From Vitrella brassicaformis CCMP3155 (taxonomy: Eukaryota; Protista; Chromerida): 64,000 bases of DNA. The translations under genes and the position numbers were made by a program. The DNA lies in the NCBI GenBank assembly GCA_001179505.1, contig CDMY01000748.1, positions 1 through 64,000 on the forward strand. The letters run 5' to 3'. Of the stretch, positions 12,673 through 25,586 are shown piece after piece (the first letter of the stretch is position 1; every line of letters begins with the position of its first letter). The notes beneath the pieces were generated by a model. The model was not told the DNA's origin. It searched no databases and worked only from the letters and a program-made list of their open reading frames with translations.

Positions 12673-12680
12673 TGCGAGCT
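12673..12680 (-). promoter_or_regulatory. AGCTCGCA motif in a divergent promoter spacer (BTB gene / small mitochondrial-type gene)
   Basis: TGCGAGCT between the ATGs at 12509 (-) and 12815 (+); the same motif recurs in other spacers. Confidence 0.45.
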
Positions 12681-12814
12681 CGGAAGGAAAGCTCGCTGTG
12701 GAGAGTGGGAAGGCCAGAAAAGCCAGTGGGAGGCGCTGTCCAGTGGAAGAGGGAGCTTTCTGTGAGGCGGGCGCGGCTGCGCATCGGCCAACTGACGAGT
12801 CTACACCGACAACA

Positions 12815-13442
12815 ATGCTGCTGCGGCTGAGTGCGGTTCGTCTGGCTCATCCGTCCTTCTACGGGCAGACGAGGCTGTGGAGGCACCGGTTCGGCAAGGC
12901 GGGCGACTATGCGGTGGAGCGGCTGTTCATCTTCGCTAAGCGGTACTTGCCCTCGTGGTACCAGTTCTACTACTTCAAGGAGGGCATCTACGACATCATG
13001 ACGGCCGCCGCGGCGGCTCTCATGTACCTCCTCATTGGCTATATGGGTGGGTAATAAATACGAGTGCCAGGCAGGTTTGCACGTGTGTGTGCCGTGTATG
13101 GTGTCTGTCTGTCTGTGTGTGTATGGTGTCAGGTGTGAGCTGCGTATGGACGTGGAACGATGCGGTCCATCGCACCTGGAAGCACTACGTGCGCAAGGAG
13201 GTACACACACACACACACACACGTGTCAGTGTTTGGTACGAGTGTGTGTGTGTGTGTTTGATCCATTGACTCATTGGTTGACTGGTTGGTTCAGAAGGAG
13301 CGCAAGGCGCTGATGGACATCATTGCCCGGGCCCGGGAGGACGGACTCGTACCCGAATCCATCGTACACGACTTTGGTACCTACCAAACACACACAGACA
13401 CACACAAGATCTGTCGTCTTCTCTCCCGTGTCATCAGAGTGA
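12815..13442 (+). CDS. Small putative mitochondrial inner-membrane protein (~120 aa)
   Basis: Arg/Leu/Ser-rich N-terminus MLLRLSAVRLAHPSFYGQTRLWRHRF resembling a presequence; one hydrophobic stretch IMTAAAAALMYLLIGYMGVSCVW; basic helix RKERKALMDIIARAREDG. Last exon uncertain. Confidence 0.6.
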
Positions 13443-13952
13443 TCGACGGGCAGTTCCGTTCTGTTTCGTTTCATTTCATTTCGTTTGCCTGGGGTCCGAC
13501 CGATGTGCAGTTCGTCCATCCATCCACTCTGACTGACTCAGCTGGCTACACATGTTGGTTGGTGTAAGTGTCCTTCTTGCTCGGCTCGTGGGGCGTCAGA
13601 GCTTCAGGCCGGTATCTACCTTGTGTCGTGATAGTTGAATGCCTGTCACTCTGTCTGTCTGCGTGGGCATGGTGTGCGTGAGCAGAGGCGGGGGCACTGC
13701 GGTGTGTGCCATCATGCTGGCGTGCACTGAAGTGTCTCAGCAGCTACACACGCCTGCATTCGCCCCGTATGCAGCCAGGCAGTCGGGCAGTATGTCTGCA
13801 GAGAGCGATGTGAGTATGTTGATTGACACTTGTCTGTCTGTGACGCTCATCTCATGCACTCATGGCTTGAATGAGTCAGTCAACCCCATACCGATCCAAC
13901 CCTCGCACACACGTGCAGCTCATCACTCCCACCAACGAACACATCTGAGTGT

Positions 13953-15760
13953 CTAGGCGTTCCCCCCGCCCAGCTGCAGGGCGGCCAGAGCCATCTCCTC
14001 CAGCGCACTCACGTCGTTTGTCTTTGTCTTCTTGCGTCGCTTGGGCGCCCTCTCCTGCTGCTCCCCAGCACTGCTCTCCTCATCCGATGCCGATGCCGAT
14101 GCCGCACCGTCGTCTTGGTCCAGCATCATTGCTAGCGTTGCGCCGCCTGGCTCATGGTCATGGTCGTCCTCCTCACCGGCACCGCCCCGCTGCTCGCGGT
14201 GCCTCTGCTTCTTGAGCTGGGACTTTTTCCTCTTGTGCTTGGCCTGGACACGCTCACGCTGAAGCTCCTGCAGTCAGCCACACGCACACAGAGAGAGAGG
14301 GAGAGAGAGATTGAGAATAGCGGCTGGTGCATTGTGGGTGTGGTGTGCAGTCCTTACTGTGTCTTGTTGGCTTCTCCTTGCGAGTCGGCGCTTCATCTGT
14401 GCGAGGAAACGCTGCCGACCGCTCAGGCCGGCATCGGCCGTCGCATCATCGTCATCGCTCTGGTCTTCTTCTCGGTTGCAGCTCTCGTCGACGGGCGGCC
14501 TGATCGACAAGACAAGATATGTGGAGGGATGCACTGATTGTGTCTGTGTGCGTGTCTGTGTCTCGCTCTCATTCTCACTGTGTGTCTGCTGCAGGAGTGT
14601 GTTCGGCTTCCTGCTGCTCGTCAGAGTCGTCATCATCGTCGTGGAAGAAGGTGTGCCGCTCCTCACTCAGCTTGCTCAGCCCAGCTGCACACACGCACCG
14701 ACACACCGACACACACACACACACACACAGGGAGACCACCAGCTAGGCATGAGTGACCACTGGGTGTCTTGACGCCTGTGGGAGCAGGCATACCGAGTCC
14801 CTTGACCTTGGCCGTGCCGTCAGCGCGAAATCGAATGCGCTGCTTACGCAATGCTGCCGAGTATCACACACGGACAATCACACAGACAGACAGACAGGCA
14901 GAATCACAATTGGTAGGCAGCACTTCTCTGTCCGCTCACTCACTCACCTTGCTCCAGCATCTGCTGCCTCTTCCGCTGATGCACCGACTCGTCCACAATC
15001 GGCGGCTGCCTCTCTCGTGAGCCAGACGACCCACCCACGGGCACCAGCAGCTCATCGTCGTCATCCTCCTCCTCGTCGTCACCGTCACGAGCATCCGGCT
15101 CGTGAGCCTTCCGCTCTTGCGCGTGTCGTCTCTCTCCCTTGACGGTGTCGCCCCCTCGACGCTCGGTGGATGACGTCTGCGTGGGAGTTGGTAATGGTGT
15201 GTGTGTTGACACAGCGCCACCAGCACCACCCTCCCTCCTCAGCTGCTTCTCCACCTTGCGCAGCCGGATCTTCTCTTTCAGCTTCTCCAAGTTGCTCATC
15301 TTTCGCCCTCCTGGGGCGGGGGCGGGGGCAGACGCACCAATCTCACGCTGCTCGCCCTCGTCGTCGCCGTCGTCGTCGCTCTCCTCGCCGTTGCCGTCAT
15401 CCGCCGTCCCGCCCGCAGTACTGATGTGGATGTCTGGGGCGGTGGGGAGGCCCAGTGAGAGAGCGAAGGCGGGCAGGTCGGTCTGCTCGAGTGTGTTGGT
15501 GCCGCTGGACGATGGCGAGAGGAGATGGAGGGACCGGATGTACGAGCAGAAGGCGCGCTGGGCCAGGTACTTGATGTGCGGACTGAGAGGGGGAGGCACA
15601 CACACACGCGCGGGCAGACAGGAAGGCATTTGTGTGTGTGTGTGTGTGTGTGTGTGTTTGTGGCTGGCGTGACGTACTTTGCTACGAGTGTGGCTTGGAG
15701 CTTGCCTTGCACCGACATGCGCTTCTTGGGATTCATCGATATCACACTCACCTCAATCTG

Positions 15761-15795
<35 letters not shown>

Positions 15796-17187
15796 CAATG
15801 CCGCATCCAACCACCCCACCCCACTCCCCCTCCACCATACGGCTGACCTTTCTCTCCCTGAGTCTGTCGACGAATCCCTTCTCGCACGGCATGAGGAAGA
15901 GCAGCCCGTGGCCCACACTCGTGTACCTGGCCGTCCGGCCCACCCGATGAATGTACGAGTCGACACAGTCGGGACAGTCCACCTGCACCACCCAGTCCAC
16001 ATCAGGGAAGTCCACACCCCGCGCAGCCACGTCAGTCGCCAGCAGCGCCACACCACCCCCGCCGCCTCCTTTGCCGGCCGCTCGGCTGACGAACGACTGG
16101 AAAACCTCCAGCCGCTTTAGCTGCGACTGCTTGCCGTGCAGTTCCATCAGGGAACACCCTGCGCACACACACGAAGAGAGAGAGGGAGAGAGAGAGAGAA
16201 AGGGGGATGCATGTGTGTAGGTGTGTGTGTGTGACGTACCCGGTTTTAGTACTCTGAGGACTTCGTAGAGGTACCTGACTTGTTTGGTTGACGAGAGGAA
16301 CACGATCATCTTCTTGGCGGCGTGTGTGCGGAGGAAGGCAAAGAGCGTGTCGACCTTCCTCTCCAGCGGCACCACCATGTAGGTCTGCCGCAGACGGACC
16401 GGCGTCGCTGTCGACGCATTGGCGTGCACACGCAGGTACTCATGAGCCGACTGCAGACACAGACACACACACACAGACAGACAGGTGTGTGGCTGTTTCT
16501 CTCTCTCATCTGTGTGTGTGTTGGTGGCTGACCTTCATCATTGTCTTAGCGAGGTCCTTGACGGCATGGTGCAGGGTGGCCGAAAAGAGGAGCGTCTGCC
16601 TGTCGGAGGGCAGGTACTCGAGGATGCGCTCCATGGTGTCGCGGAAACCCATGTCCATCACGCGATCCGCCTCGTCCAACACTATGGCAACACACACACA
16701 CACACACACACCGATAGAACCACACACGCACACATAATGGCCAACGCACCGAGCATCTGCAGGTGCTGTGTGTCGAAGAGGGGCGTCTGCTCGAGGTGCT
16801 GCAGCAGCCTCCCCGGCGTGGCCACGATGACCGACAGCAGGCTCAGCCGCTCCTGCTCGTTCTTGACGTCCTTGCCGCCAATCAGACAACCATACGACAA
16901 AGTGTGGTACCTGACACACACACGCGCACACATACACACATGCATACAGAGAGGGGGAGGGATGCAGGCAGACAGGGAGGGAGAGAGGGAGTGTCATCTG
17001 TCTATTATCTTTCTTACTTGCCGACTTTGCTGAGTACGTCGAATATCTGTGCGGCCAGCTCTCGAGTGGGCGAGAGCAGCAGAGCCCCCAGCCCGTCGGT
17101 GCGGCCCCACCGACGCCGATACAGCAACTCCAACACCTGCAACACAAACACGCACAGCGAAACACATCCATCCATCCATCCATCCAG

Positions 17188-17230
<43 letters not shown>

Positions 17231-17797
17231 TGTGTGGTGTAAGCTGACCGGTATAACGAATGCGAGTGTCTTGCCCGATCCCGTCTTGGCCTCCCCCAGC
17301 ACGTCACGGCCACACAGGGCATGGGGGATGGCCGCACGCTGGATCTCCGTCATCCGCGCATAGCCCCCCTCACGCAGCCCCTGCAGCGAGTGACGCGATA
17401 TCGGCAAATCCGAGAACAGATGCACCGTCATGACGCCCGTGGCTGGCAGGTTGTCCTGGTCATCATCATGAGGGTCCTGATGTGATGATACTGATGCTTT
17501 GGCGAGAGAAGCGACGATGGGCGGCTGCCACTGCTGGCCTGGCTGCGGGCACTCGATGAGAGTTCGCTGGGTCAGCTCGGTGATCTCGGCAGCGTCCCGA
17601 TTGCTGCGGCTGACCTTTGGGTTTGCGGGCCGTCCTTGGCCTCTGCTCCCTCGTTTGTGATGGCCGCGGCCTCTGTGACCGCTGCCGCCTCGTCCCGACT
17701 GATGATAAGAATCACGGCCTCCGCTCTCTGTTGATGACGCGTTTCCACGAGGACGGGAAGAAGATGACCCGCGTTTTCGCTCCCGATTCTTCATCAT
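13953..17797 (-). CDS. DDX10: DEAD-box RNA helicase DDX10/DBP4
   Basis: Q motif, [80 protein letters not shown]; Dbp4-like C-terminus [13 protein letters not shown]. Confidence 0.93.
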
Positions 17798-17846
17798 GGT
17801 AACGTGTTGGCGATGACACGTAGGCTGAATGAGATCTGCTCCCGTC

Positions 17847-17875
17847 TGCGAGCTTAGCTTCTTTTCAAGCTCGCA
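17847..17875. promoter_or_regulatory. Two oppositely oriented AGCTCGCA motifs in the DBP4 / Zn-ribbon divergent spacer
   Basis: TGCGAGCTTAGCT (17847-17859, reverse complement AGCTAAGCTCGCA) and AGCTCGCA (17868-17875). Confidence 0.5.
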
Positions 17876-18015
17876 AGTGGAAAAGGGCGTTCCGGCGTCG
17901 TGAGGGGCACTCAGGTGAGGGAGGAAGAGCCACACGAACAGAAAGTGGCCAAGATCCATCACCACATTCATGATACATCTCTCTGTGTGTGTGCAGGTGC
18001 CGCAGATCTCTTGAA

Positions 18016-18594
18016 ATGATGGCATCCTGGAAGCGCCGAAGAAGGAAGAACCTCGCTACAGCACTGTGGTTCTTGGCTGCGCTGTGCGTCCTTACGAAGA
18101 GGCTCCACGGCTGTTTGATCACTGACAACTATCCGACGGCAGTTGAGCGGCCGCCCGAGCCCTGCTTCATCTTGCTTGGTAGCATCCCGAGAAGCATCTT
18201 GAATGGCGCAAGCGGCCATCCATCGACCATCCTAAACGCACAGGTCCGAAAAACACACATATCTGCACTCCCTTTGGCTCTCAATCCGTGTGCTGCCTGC
18301 CTGTCTGTTTGTCTGCCTGTCTGTCTGCCTGCGTGTGGGTGTGTGCAGCCGCGCAAGAGGTTGCCAGAGAGGACGGCCTTCGTGCACTGCGCCAAGTGCG
18401 GGGAGCTGCTCTATCGGTACAAGAAGGGCGGCAAGGGGACGCTCGTCAAGTGCTATGAGGAGCGCATCGTTGAGGACTTCACCAATGGCGACCTGACGTG
18501 CCACTCCTGCGGCAGTGAGTTCGCGCGGAGGACGCTCATCCACGGCAGACCGGCGCACAAGATGATCGGCGGCAAAGTCACCCTAAAGAAATAG
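18016..18594 (+). CDS. Small Zn-ribbon (2x CxxC) protein with an N-terminal targeting-like leader
   Basis: Hydrophobic leader [14 protein letters not shown]; one intron; C-terminal [47 protein letters not shown]. Confidence 0.7.
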   Translation: MMASWKRRRRKNLATALWFLAALCVLTKRLHGCLITDNYPTAVERPPEPCFILLGSIPRSILNGASGHPSTILNAQVRKTHISALPLALNPCAACLSVCLPVCLPACGCVQPRKRLPERTAFVHCAKCGELLYRYKKGGKGTLVKCYEERIVEDFTNGDLTCHSCGSEFARRTLIHGRPAHKMIGGKVTLKK

Positions 18595-19450
18595 AGGGCT
18601 GATGGTAAGGCAGATGAGGGTGTTCGTTCGTGGCTGAATGCAGCGGTTTTTCTGTCTGCGAGAGAGAGAGAGGGAGGGAGGGAGGCATGCTGTCTCTGTG
18701 TGGGGTATCATTGTCACTCGACGGACGCCAGCTCGTTTCTTTCGGCTGGATGGCGTCACTGGCGGTGGTGAGAGCAGTCCTTGGTTGAAACACGACCTGG
18801 GACATCTCATGATCCGTCCCATTGCCGCCGGCGGGCCACACGAGTTGCTGCCGCTGTAGGCCTCATCCTACACCAGCGTCGTGTAGGCGCCTTTGTGTAT
18901 ATGTGAGGAGAGAAATTGAGAGGGTGTGTGTGTGCGTGCGTGCCCGGTGAAGATGGGCCGTGAGGGACGGCACACTGGACGCATCGTCCGTGCAGAGGGA
19001 CAATTGAACGGGGCTGCATTGTGGTCCGGATTAAGGTGCCTACTCAAAGAGAATCACTTCACCGCTATGGCTGCCGTCAGCCCCCTCACGGTCATCCACA
19101 TGGAGCGGGCATCGGATGCCGAGGCAGCGGCTCCGATATCATCGGCAAATTCCGCGGCGGGGACAACGTTTACATCCTTTACATCTTTCGCCGCCGTTGC
19201 GGATCGCGCGCTCTCCTCTCTCTGCGTTAGCCGTGCGACGACAGCCCTCCTGCTATCTCCCTGTCTCTCTGCCCTCTGTCTTAACGGCCGCCCCCTTCTC
19301 TGTCCATCTGCAGCATCCCTCGACTCCACTGTCATCGCTTGACTCCGAGTCTCTCTCTCTCCTCAGCTTATTCTCTTCACCAAGCGCCTTGTTGTCGTTC
19401 ATCTGCCCGCTGCTCGTCTGCGTTTCCTTCCGACGTCCGCTCCACGACCG

Positions 19451-20031
19451 ATGAAGGCCCTCTCCCTTTCCATGCTGGTGTGCCTGCTCGGCATCGCACT
19501 GGTCTGCGCTGATGATATGAAGCCAGCTGCTCCTGCTGATGCGCCGTCTGCGGTGGCACGGCGTTTGAGAGGCGGGATAGCTGACGACGCCGACGAAGTG
19601 ACATCCGATGGTACGCACACACGATGGCTGTTTGCAGCTCGTGCACACACACGCTGCACAAGTACGTGCCTTTCCTGTGTGCCTGTGTGCCTGTAGGTGG
19701 TGTGTCTGATGCTCTTGTGGCGGGGCCAGCGGCAGCAGACTGTGAGGACGCGGCTGATGAGCCGACGGCTGCACCTCCAGGTGGGTGTGCAGACATCCCC
19801 ACCTCGCCCACACGTCATCCTTGTGTTGGCCACGTGTGTGTGTGTGTGTGTGTGTGTGCAGATGAAGATGAGCCCAGTGGCCTGGAGGCCGTGGAGGAGT
19901 CATCGAGTCCCACAGAGAGGAGGCTGGGCAAGGACAAGTGGTATGAGATCAAGGACAAGCTCAAGACGAAGTGGAACAAAATCAAGCGGAAGATCAAGGA
20001 CAAGTGGTATGGGGGCGGTGGCTACTATTAG
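19451..20031 (+). CDS. Secreted RRL-motif peptide precursor, copy A (one mature module)
   Basis: Three exons (introns 19611-19696, 19781-19861): signal peptide MKALSLSMLVCLLGIALVCA, ..AVARRL, acidic spacer, SSPTERRL, GKDKWYEIKDKLKTKWNKIKRKIKDKWYGGGGYY*. Confidence 0.85.
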
Positions 20032-20849
20032 ACGCACCACAGCACACATAGTGTGTGTGGTTGGGTGCGTGTGTGGACACCCACATGGTATAAGTGTACA
20101 TATCTTTGTTGATGGCTGTGTAAAAGGGGCTCGTGCGTCTTTGTTTAAGCACGAGCACCGTACCGTCCGTGTGGAGCTGTGGGTGACATCAAGTGGGTGG
20201 CTGGTGTGTGTTTGCGTCAAGTGAGTGGATGGATGGTCCATCCCATCCAGGTGTCGATTGTGCACACACTGCAGTGTACATATCTGCTCGTTCTTTGTAA
20301 GAGAGACAAGGGGTTCAGTACCGTACAAAAAGCGAGAGGGTGTGGTGTGGTTGATTCTGGCAGTATGTTCTGTCTGTCTAAGTGTCTGTCTGTGTGCCTG
20401 TCTGCCATGATTGATGCGACCCGTGTAGCCGCGTGGGTGAGTGGGCAAGTCTTTTCCCCGCGTTTTCTTTGCTCCATTGTTCCATGTATGTGTGTATCGT
20501 ACAGCACAGCACAAGCACGCTCTCTCTGCTTGGCGCCTTGATTCGTGTGCAGCATCCTTTGACCAGTGAGTGGGACGCACTACTGAATGCATGTGTGTGT
20601 TTGGAAAGATGAGATGAGATGAGCTACGTGGAAGGGCCACACACACATGTCGTCGCGCCACGCCAACGAAAAAAGAGAACAAAACCAACAAAACCATCCC
20701 ACCACCACCCAGGCACCCGCCCACCCACCCACAGCCAGTGCGCCGCTGGCATAGCGCAATGCAGGCGTCCACCCACCAAACTAGACGCATCACACAGACA
20801 TGCTGGTGGCGGTGATGGCTACTCTACGCGCGCGCGCGCGTGTGTGTGT

Positions 20850-21652
20850 CTATCTGTGGATTGGCTGCCGTCTGGCTGCTGCGAAAAGGGGTGCCGTGGG
20901 GGCGGGGGAGAGGGGGGTGTGGGACCTGCCGATGTCATGCTGGTGGTGAGAGGCGCCGCTGGCCCCCTCCCCGTTGGCTGCCGCCTTTTCGCGCACCTTT
21001 GTGAGCAGTCTCTGCATGGAACGGGGACAACACAGAGACACACAGGTGGTCTGGTCCTGTCTGTCTGATTGTGTGTGGTTGCCCTGACCTTGTGGTGGTG
21101 TTTGTGCCTGCCCATGACTCTGCTGTGCGCCATCCTGTACTCGTCATACCCACCCGCAACTGCACAAACACCCACACACACACAGAGACAACAGCATAAG
21201 TCGATGTGTCTCTGCCCCCTCGCGGCGCTCACCTTGGACGACCACAGCGGCGTCTTCATCAAAGCTGTCGTCCTCATCCTCATGCTCCTCATCCCACCAG
21301 GCCTGCCGCACCCACCAATGCGCCGTCGTCCCGTGATCTATCGGCCACCGCTGGTCGGCTGGTCTTGTGTCTGTGTGCTTGATATGTCCGTGTGGATTGT
21401 GCTGTGTGTTGAGGGGCAACAGCGACTGGCTGGGCAGCACGGCAAATGGGTAGTAGTCATTGTCCACCTGCACACAACGCGCATCCAGGAACCATTGCAA
21501 GGGGGAGAGATGGACACAGAGAGAGGTGTTTGCTGTGTCTTTGTCTTTGCCTCCGTCGTCTCACTGCAGTGGCTCACTTACGTCGTCAGAAATGACCCAG
21601 CCCTTCAGGTCAGGCGAGTAGAACAGAAACAGCGGACTGTGAGCATCCTGCG
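20850..21652 (-). pseudogene. 5'-truncated duplicate of the last exons of the 27987-30239 gene
   Basis: Exons DAHSPLFLFYSPDLKGWVISDD, VDNDYYPF.., VAGGYDEYRM.., RSMQRLLTKV..QPIHR* are copied, but the duplication ends in the intron above them, with no start or upstream exons. Confidence 0.75.
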
Positions 21653-22082
21653 CACGCATCCACCCACCCACTCACTCACATGAATGCACACAAACTCTTG
21701 TGTCTGAAGAAGGACAAATTAGAGTCACACGACACGCACTCGGTGCTGAAGAGCACTCGTTGCATGCATTTATGTGTCTGCCTGACCGTGGCTCACGAAG
21801 ATGGAGAAGCAGTCAGTCAGAGCTCAGATGGGATAAGAACTCATCAAATTCTCATGCTGACTCAAGATCTGCTCGACCGTCGTCGCGGTCGGCAACATGG
21901 AAAGCCGAGAGGCGAAAAGGGGAAACCCATCCCTCTGAGCGCGCAGATCGAAAGAGCGCGCCACATGGTCTGAGAAGGTGAGGACCAACCAGCCACTCTC
22001 ACATCTCCATGTCCGCCTACGTTGCGTGATGCGACGCAGGCAGGCGTCAATCGGTCACCCGGTGATCCGCCACCGCGGCAGA

Positions 22083-22734
22083 ATGGTCGTTTCTATGCGG
22101 CCCCTGTCCCTCTCCCGTATCGTCTGTGCTTTGCTCTCAATCGCGATGATGGGCCCTGCTGCTTCCCTGCCAAGCGGAAACAAGATGCGCATGAGTGCAC
22201 ACCATGGGAGGAGATCTAGGGGGACCACCTTCGTGAGAATCGTGACAGGGCGTCGAAAGCATCCTGTGAATGCCCACCACACTCAGGTAGACTGACGGTG
22301 CGGGTGCCCTTGACACACTTCCGTGTGTTTGTGTGTCTGTGTGTGCGTGTGCGGCTGACTCAGGTTGCCTTTCTGTCCGCATCTTCCCGCCTGTCACCGC
22401 ACTCGCTCATCACAAGGCACGAACAGAAAGCACACACGCACCCCCCACCCCCCACACTCACACACAGGTAGCTCGCTGCATGTGTGTGCCCGTCAGATGG
22501 CCGTCTATACAGAATCACACGGCCCTACTCTCCAGCGCCACGCAGTCTGAGATAGATGACGACCCAGACCGACAAGCGTACGATCGAATCGTGACGCGGC
22601 TGAGAGAGCAGGTCGGTTGGACAGACCCAGCCATGAAACGGCGCATTTTGTGCATTCCTTCCTCTATGTAGGGCGAGGAGGAGTTACTTGCGTCATTAAC
22701 CTTCGAACTTTGGAAAACATTCAAGGGCGCAGGT

Positions 22735-22765
<31 letters not shown>

Positions 22766-24839
22766 CAGCAAAGGTGTGTAGGCTGTTTGTCTGTCTGTTG
22801 TATGTCGGTGTCGATTTGGTTCAACGTGTGCCAACAGAGCGCGGCGAGCAACCTGTGCCAACAGAGCGTGTCGAGTTGACCAAGAATGACCTCATGGACC
22901 TGGCTGACGTGCCCTTGCCTGAAGAGATTATCGACCAAACCAAGGAGCCCCCAAAATTCATCGGCGATACCTATCTCAACAACGCCCTTATGTTGCTGGA
23001 GGCTGAGTATCAGCAAGAAACTGACTATGCTGCGTATCGTGTGGCGCCGATGACATTCACTCGCTTCTCGCGCGGTGGCAAAACGACAATGTTGTACGAG
23101 ATGGGCAACAGACTAAAAGCGAAGCGCATGAATCCGCTCTTTGTTTCCTTCAACGAGGGCTCATTGTACTCGACTGGCGCGAAAGGCGAGCAGGCCTTCG
23201 CCCCGACACTGCTCGACTCAGTCTACCTCCGGGCGGCGTGGGCGGCGGCCAAGACGGAGACGCGTGAGGCGGTTGCAGAGAGGGCAGGCGTCGCTGTGGA
23301 CAGGCTGCGTTTCTCGGATTGGCTCAAGCACGTGTCTGTCACAAGGGAGACGATTGACAACTGGCTTGGGGATCAACCATGTGTCATGCTTATCGACGAG
23401 TTAAACAAGGTGGTCAAGCGTGAGCGCTATCTTCATATGGAGAACGACCTAGGCGAGTACCTGAAGACCGACTTCCTCTTGAAGGGGCAGCGCTACTTCG
23501 TCTTCTCCAGCCACGTCACCACAATCAAGAACGACCTCAGGAAGTTTCTGAACTGTGACAGCAACCGACCGGTCCTTCAGCCACGGCTGCCCGTTATCGG
23601 TGTGGAGGATCTGAAGCACGTGCGAGACTTCTATGGAGCAAGCCCAGCTGTTACTTGCTGGGCTGGAAGGTCGCCCGCACTCCTGTGGGTCAGCCGCAAC
23701 TACAAAATCGCGAATGGCTGACGGACGACGTGGAAGAACCCTTCTATCGTGGTGAGCTGACGCGAGAGAAAGTATTGCTTTTGTTGGTCTGCGTACTGAA
23801 GACAGCTATCGACGGCCGCTTCCCTGCCGGCACCAAATCTGACGGCATCGGCGAGTGGTCGAGGCGAATGGACGTCTTCCAGGACGACAAGGGAGACGAG
23901 GTGCATGTGTGGCCTCCCTGCTATCTCGCCTCCACGCTTGCGTGGCTGTACTGGAGAGAAGCGACAAGAGACAAGCTTGGGATGCCGTTCAGCGAAGGGC
24001 TCTATGCTATGCAGGATTTCCTCAAGGAGCTCGCCACTGCAAAGGACGAGTCGGGAGAGCAGTGGGGGGCTCCCTGTCGGGCAGCCGTCACTCTGCGCAT
24101 GCTGCAAAGCGACTTGCTTCAGAGGAACGATACTGAACTGGAGGACATCCCCCCTATGCCAGCCGAGCTCTCGCAGCTTGTGCCGCCTGCCGTCTTCGCA
24201 GCCCCTGGGAGGTCCCGTGGCTGTCAGTTCGGCGGATGTATCGTCAATGATAGCTGGACAGGCACTATGACTCTTGCCGAGTGGCTGGAAGTTGGCGTCT
24301 CCCACGAGTTCACTCTGTTCCCCTCCCTCAAGAGCGGCACCACTGCCTTCCTGCTGCAGCCCGGTTTGGACCGCTTTTATGAGTTCGACTTCTTTATTGT
24401 CGTCACGAAGGATGGCAAACTGGACGACGTGTGGGCCTACCAGTGTCGGCGCGGGGCGGAAGCACCACCAGAAGAGACGGGGACTGAGGGCATGCCATTT
24501 GACCTCTCTGCAGCCAGCAATTCTTTCCCTCTCCCTTCGCCTGCACCCAGCGGGAGCGGCTTGCTGGGGGAACTTCGGCGGCGACTCCAGTCTGCCTTCG
24601 CCCCTCCCCCGGCATCCCCAGTCACGATGAAGTGTGTCTACCTTAGAAAGAGGTCTGACGACAAGGGAGAAACACGAGTCATCGTCGGCAAGGGCAGGGG
24701 GATCAAGTGGATCGTTCCATCGCAGAGTGACCTGCAGCTGCTGAGTGGTTCGTCATTGGCAGCAACGTGTCCTTTTGATCTGTTGAGCGAGCCGCTGGAC
24801 ACATGGATACGGAGGGAAGAGGGGTTGGATGGCAGGTAG
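22083..24839 (+). pseudogene. Crinkler-like P-loop NTPase plus restriction-endonuclease-fold protein, disrupted
   Basis: Signal-peptide-like exon MVVSMRPLSLSRIVCALLSIAMMGPAA; Walker A-like RFSRGGKTT, Walker B MLIDELN, FVFSSH; C-terminal P..DRFYEFDFFIV..WAYQCR. In-frame TAG at 22669-22671 and a frame change near 23700 within a ~2 kb intronless exon. Confidence 0.7.
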
Positions 24840-25586
24840 TGCAGTCACTCGCTGCACGCATTCTGCTCTTCTCGATGTACCCTGCCGCCCGTTTAGGTGA
24901 AGGTGTCTGTATGCAGCGATGATGTGTCTTATAGTGATGTGTGTATGTTTCAAACTGTGAAGGCTGTGACAGTTGTGTGTGAAGAAGACACTGACATTAC
25001 TTCTTTCTGTGGCAGGGCGCAGATAGAATGGATGACTTGTATGGATCAATATGCGCGAACCATACAGCACATACGTCCCAAAGCGACTACATAGCGAACA
25101 CACAAAACACTTCATACAGTGCCCCACCCCCCCACCCTCATTTGTCACGCTCATCATTCAGCGTTCAACATATGTACACATATAGTGTCGACACTAAATA
25201 CGCTCAGCCACACAGCGCAATCGATTGAATGAATGAATGTGTGCGTAGATGTTCATTCGATAATTCAAGGCACTTGTCTTTCTTTGAGCAAGGGTCCCTG
25301 AGCCTCAGTGAGCTTCAGTGAGAAGTTGCGTTCGTGTCAGCCTCATGTCATGATCATGGCTTTGTACGGTCGACTGTCTGGAAAGTCACAACTTGTTGTA
25401 CACACATACGCGAAAGAGCTCCGTCCGATAGTCACGCAGTTGAATGCACACGCCGCACACACATAGGTACACTAGTCCTCGTGGACGCATGTATCAGTCA
25501 GCCCACCATGACCGCATTCGCCTGCACGACACACGACACACAACAAAGTGACACATCCAGACAGACAGACAGACAGCTGGCCTACC

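Larger units (their letters stand above)
19062..21659 (+). repeat. Left arm of a large inverted duplication
   Basis: Colinear reverse-complement match by eye to 29431-32384; near-identical peptides appear on opposite strands in the ORF track (e.g. VESRDAADGQR, VDNDYYPFAVLPSQSLLPLNTQH). Confidence 0.9.

Noticed and set aside
18578-19050. Short ORFs between the Zn-ribbon gene and the left duplication arm
   Set aside because: No domain, no consistent exon chain and no start context.
19067-19342. Upstream ORF MAAVSPL.. at the start of both duplication arms
   Set aside because: Frame and length differ between the arms and there is no recognisable domain; probably 5' flank.
23690-23721. Programmed -1 frameshift joining the two Crinkler-like ORFs
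   Set aside because: No canonical X XXY YYZ slippery heptamer, and a separate upstream in-frame stop indicates decay.
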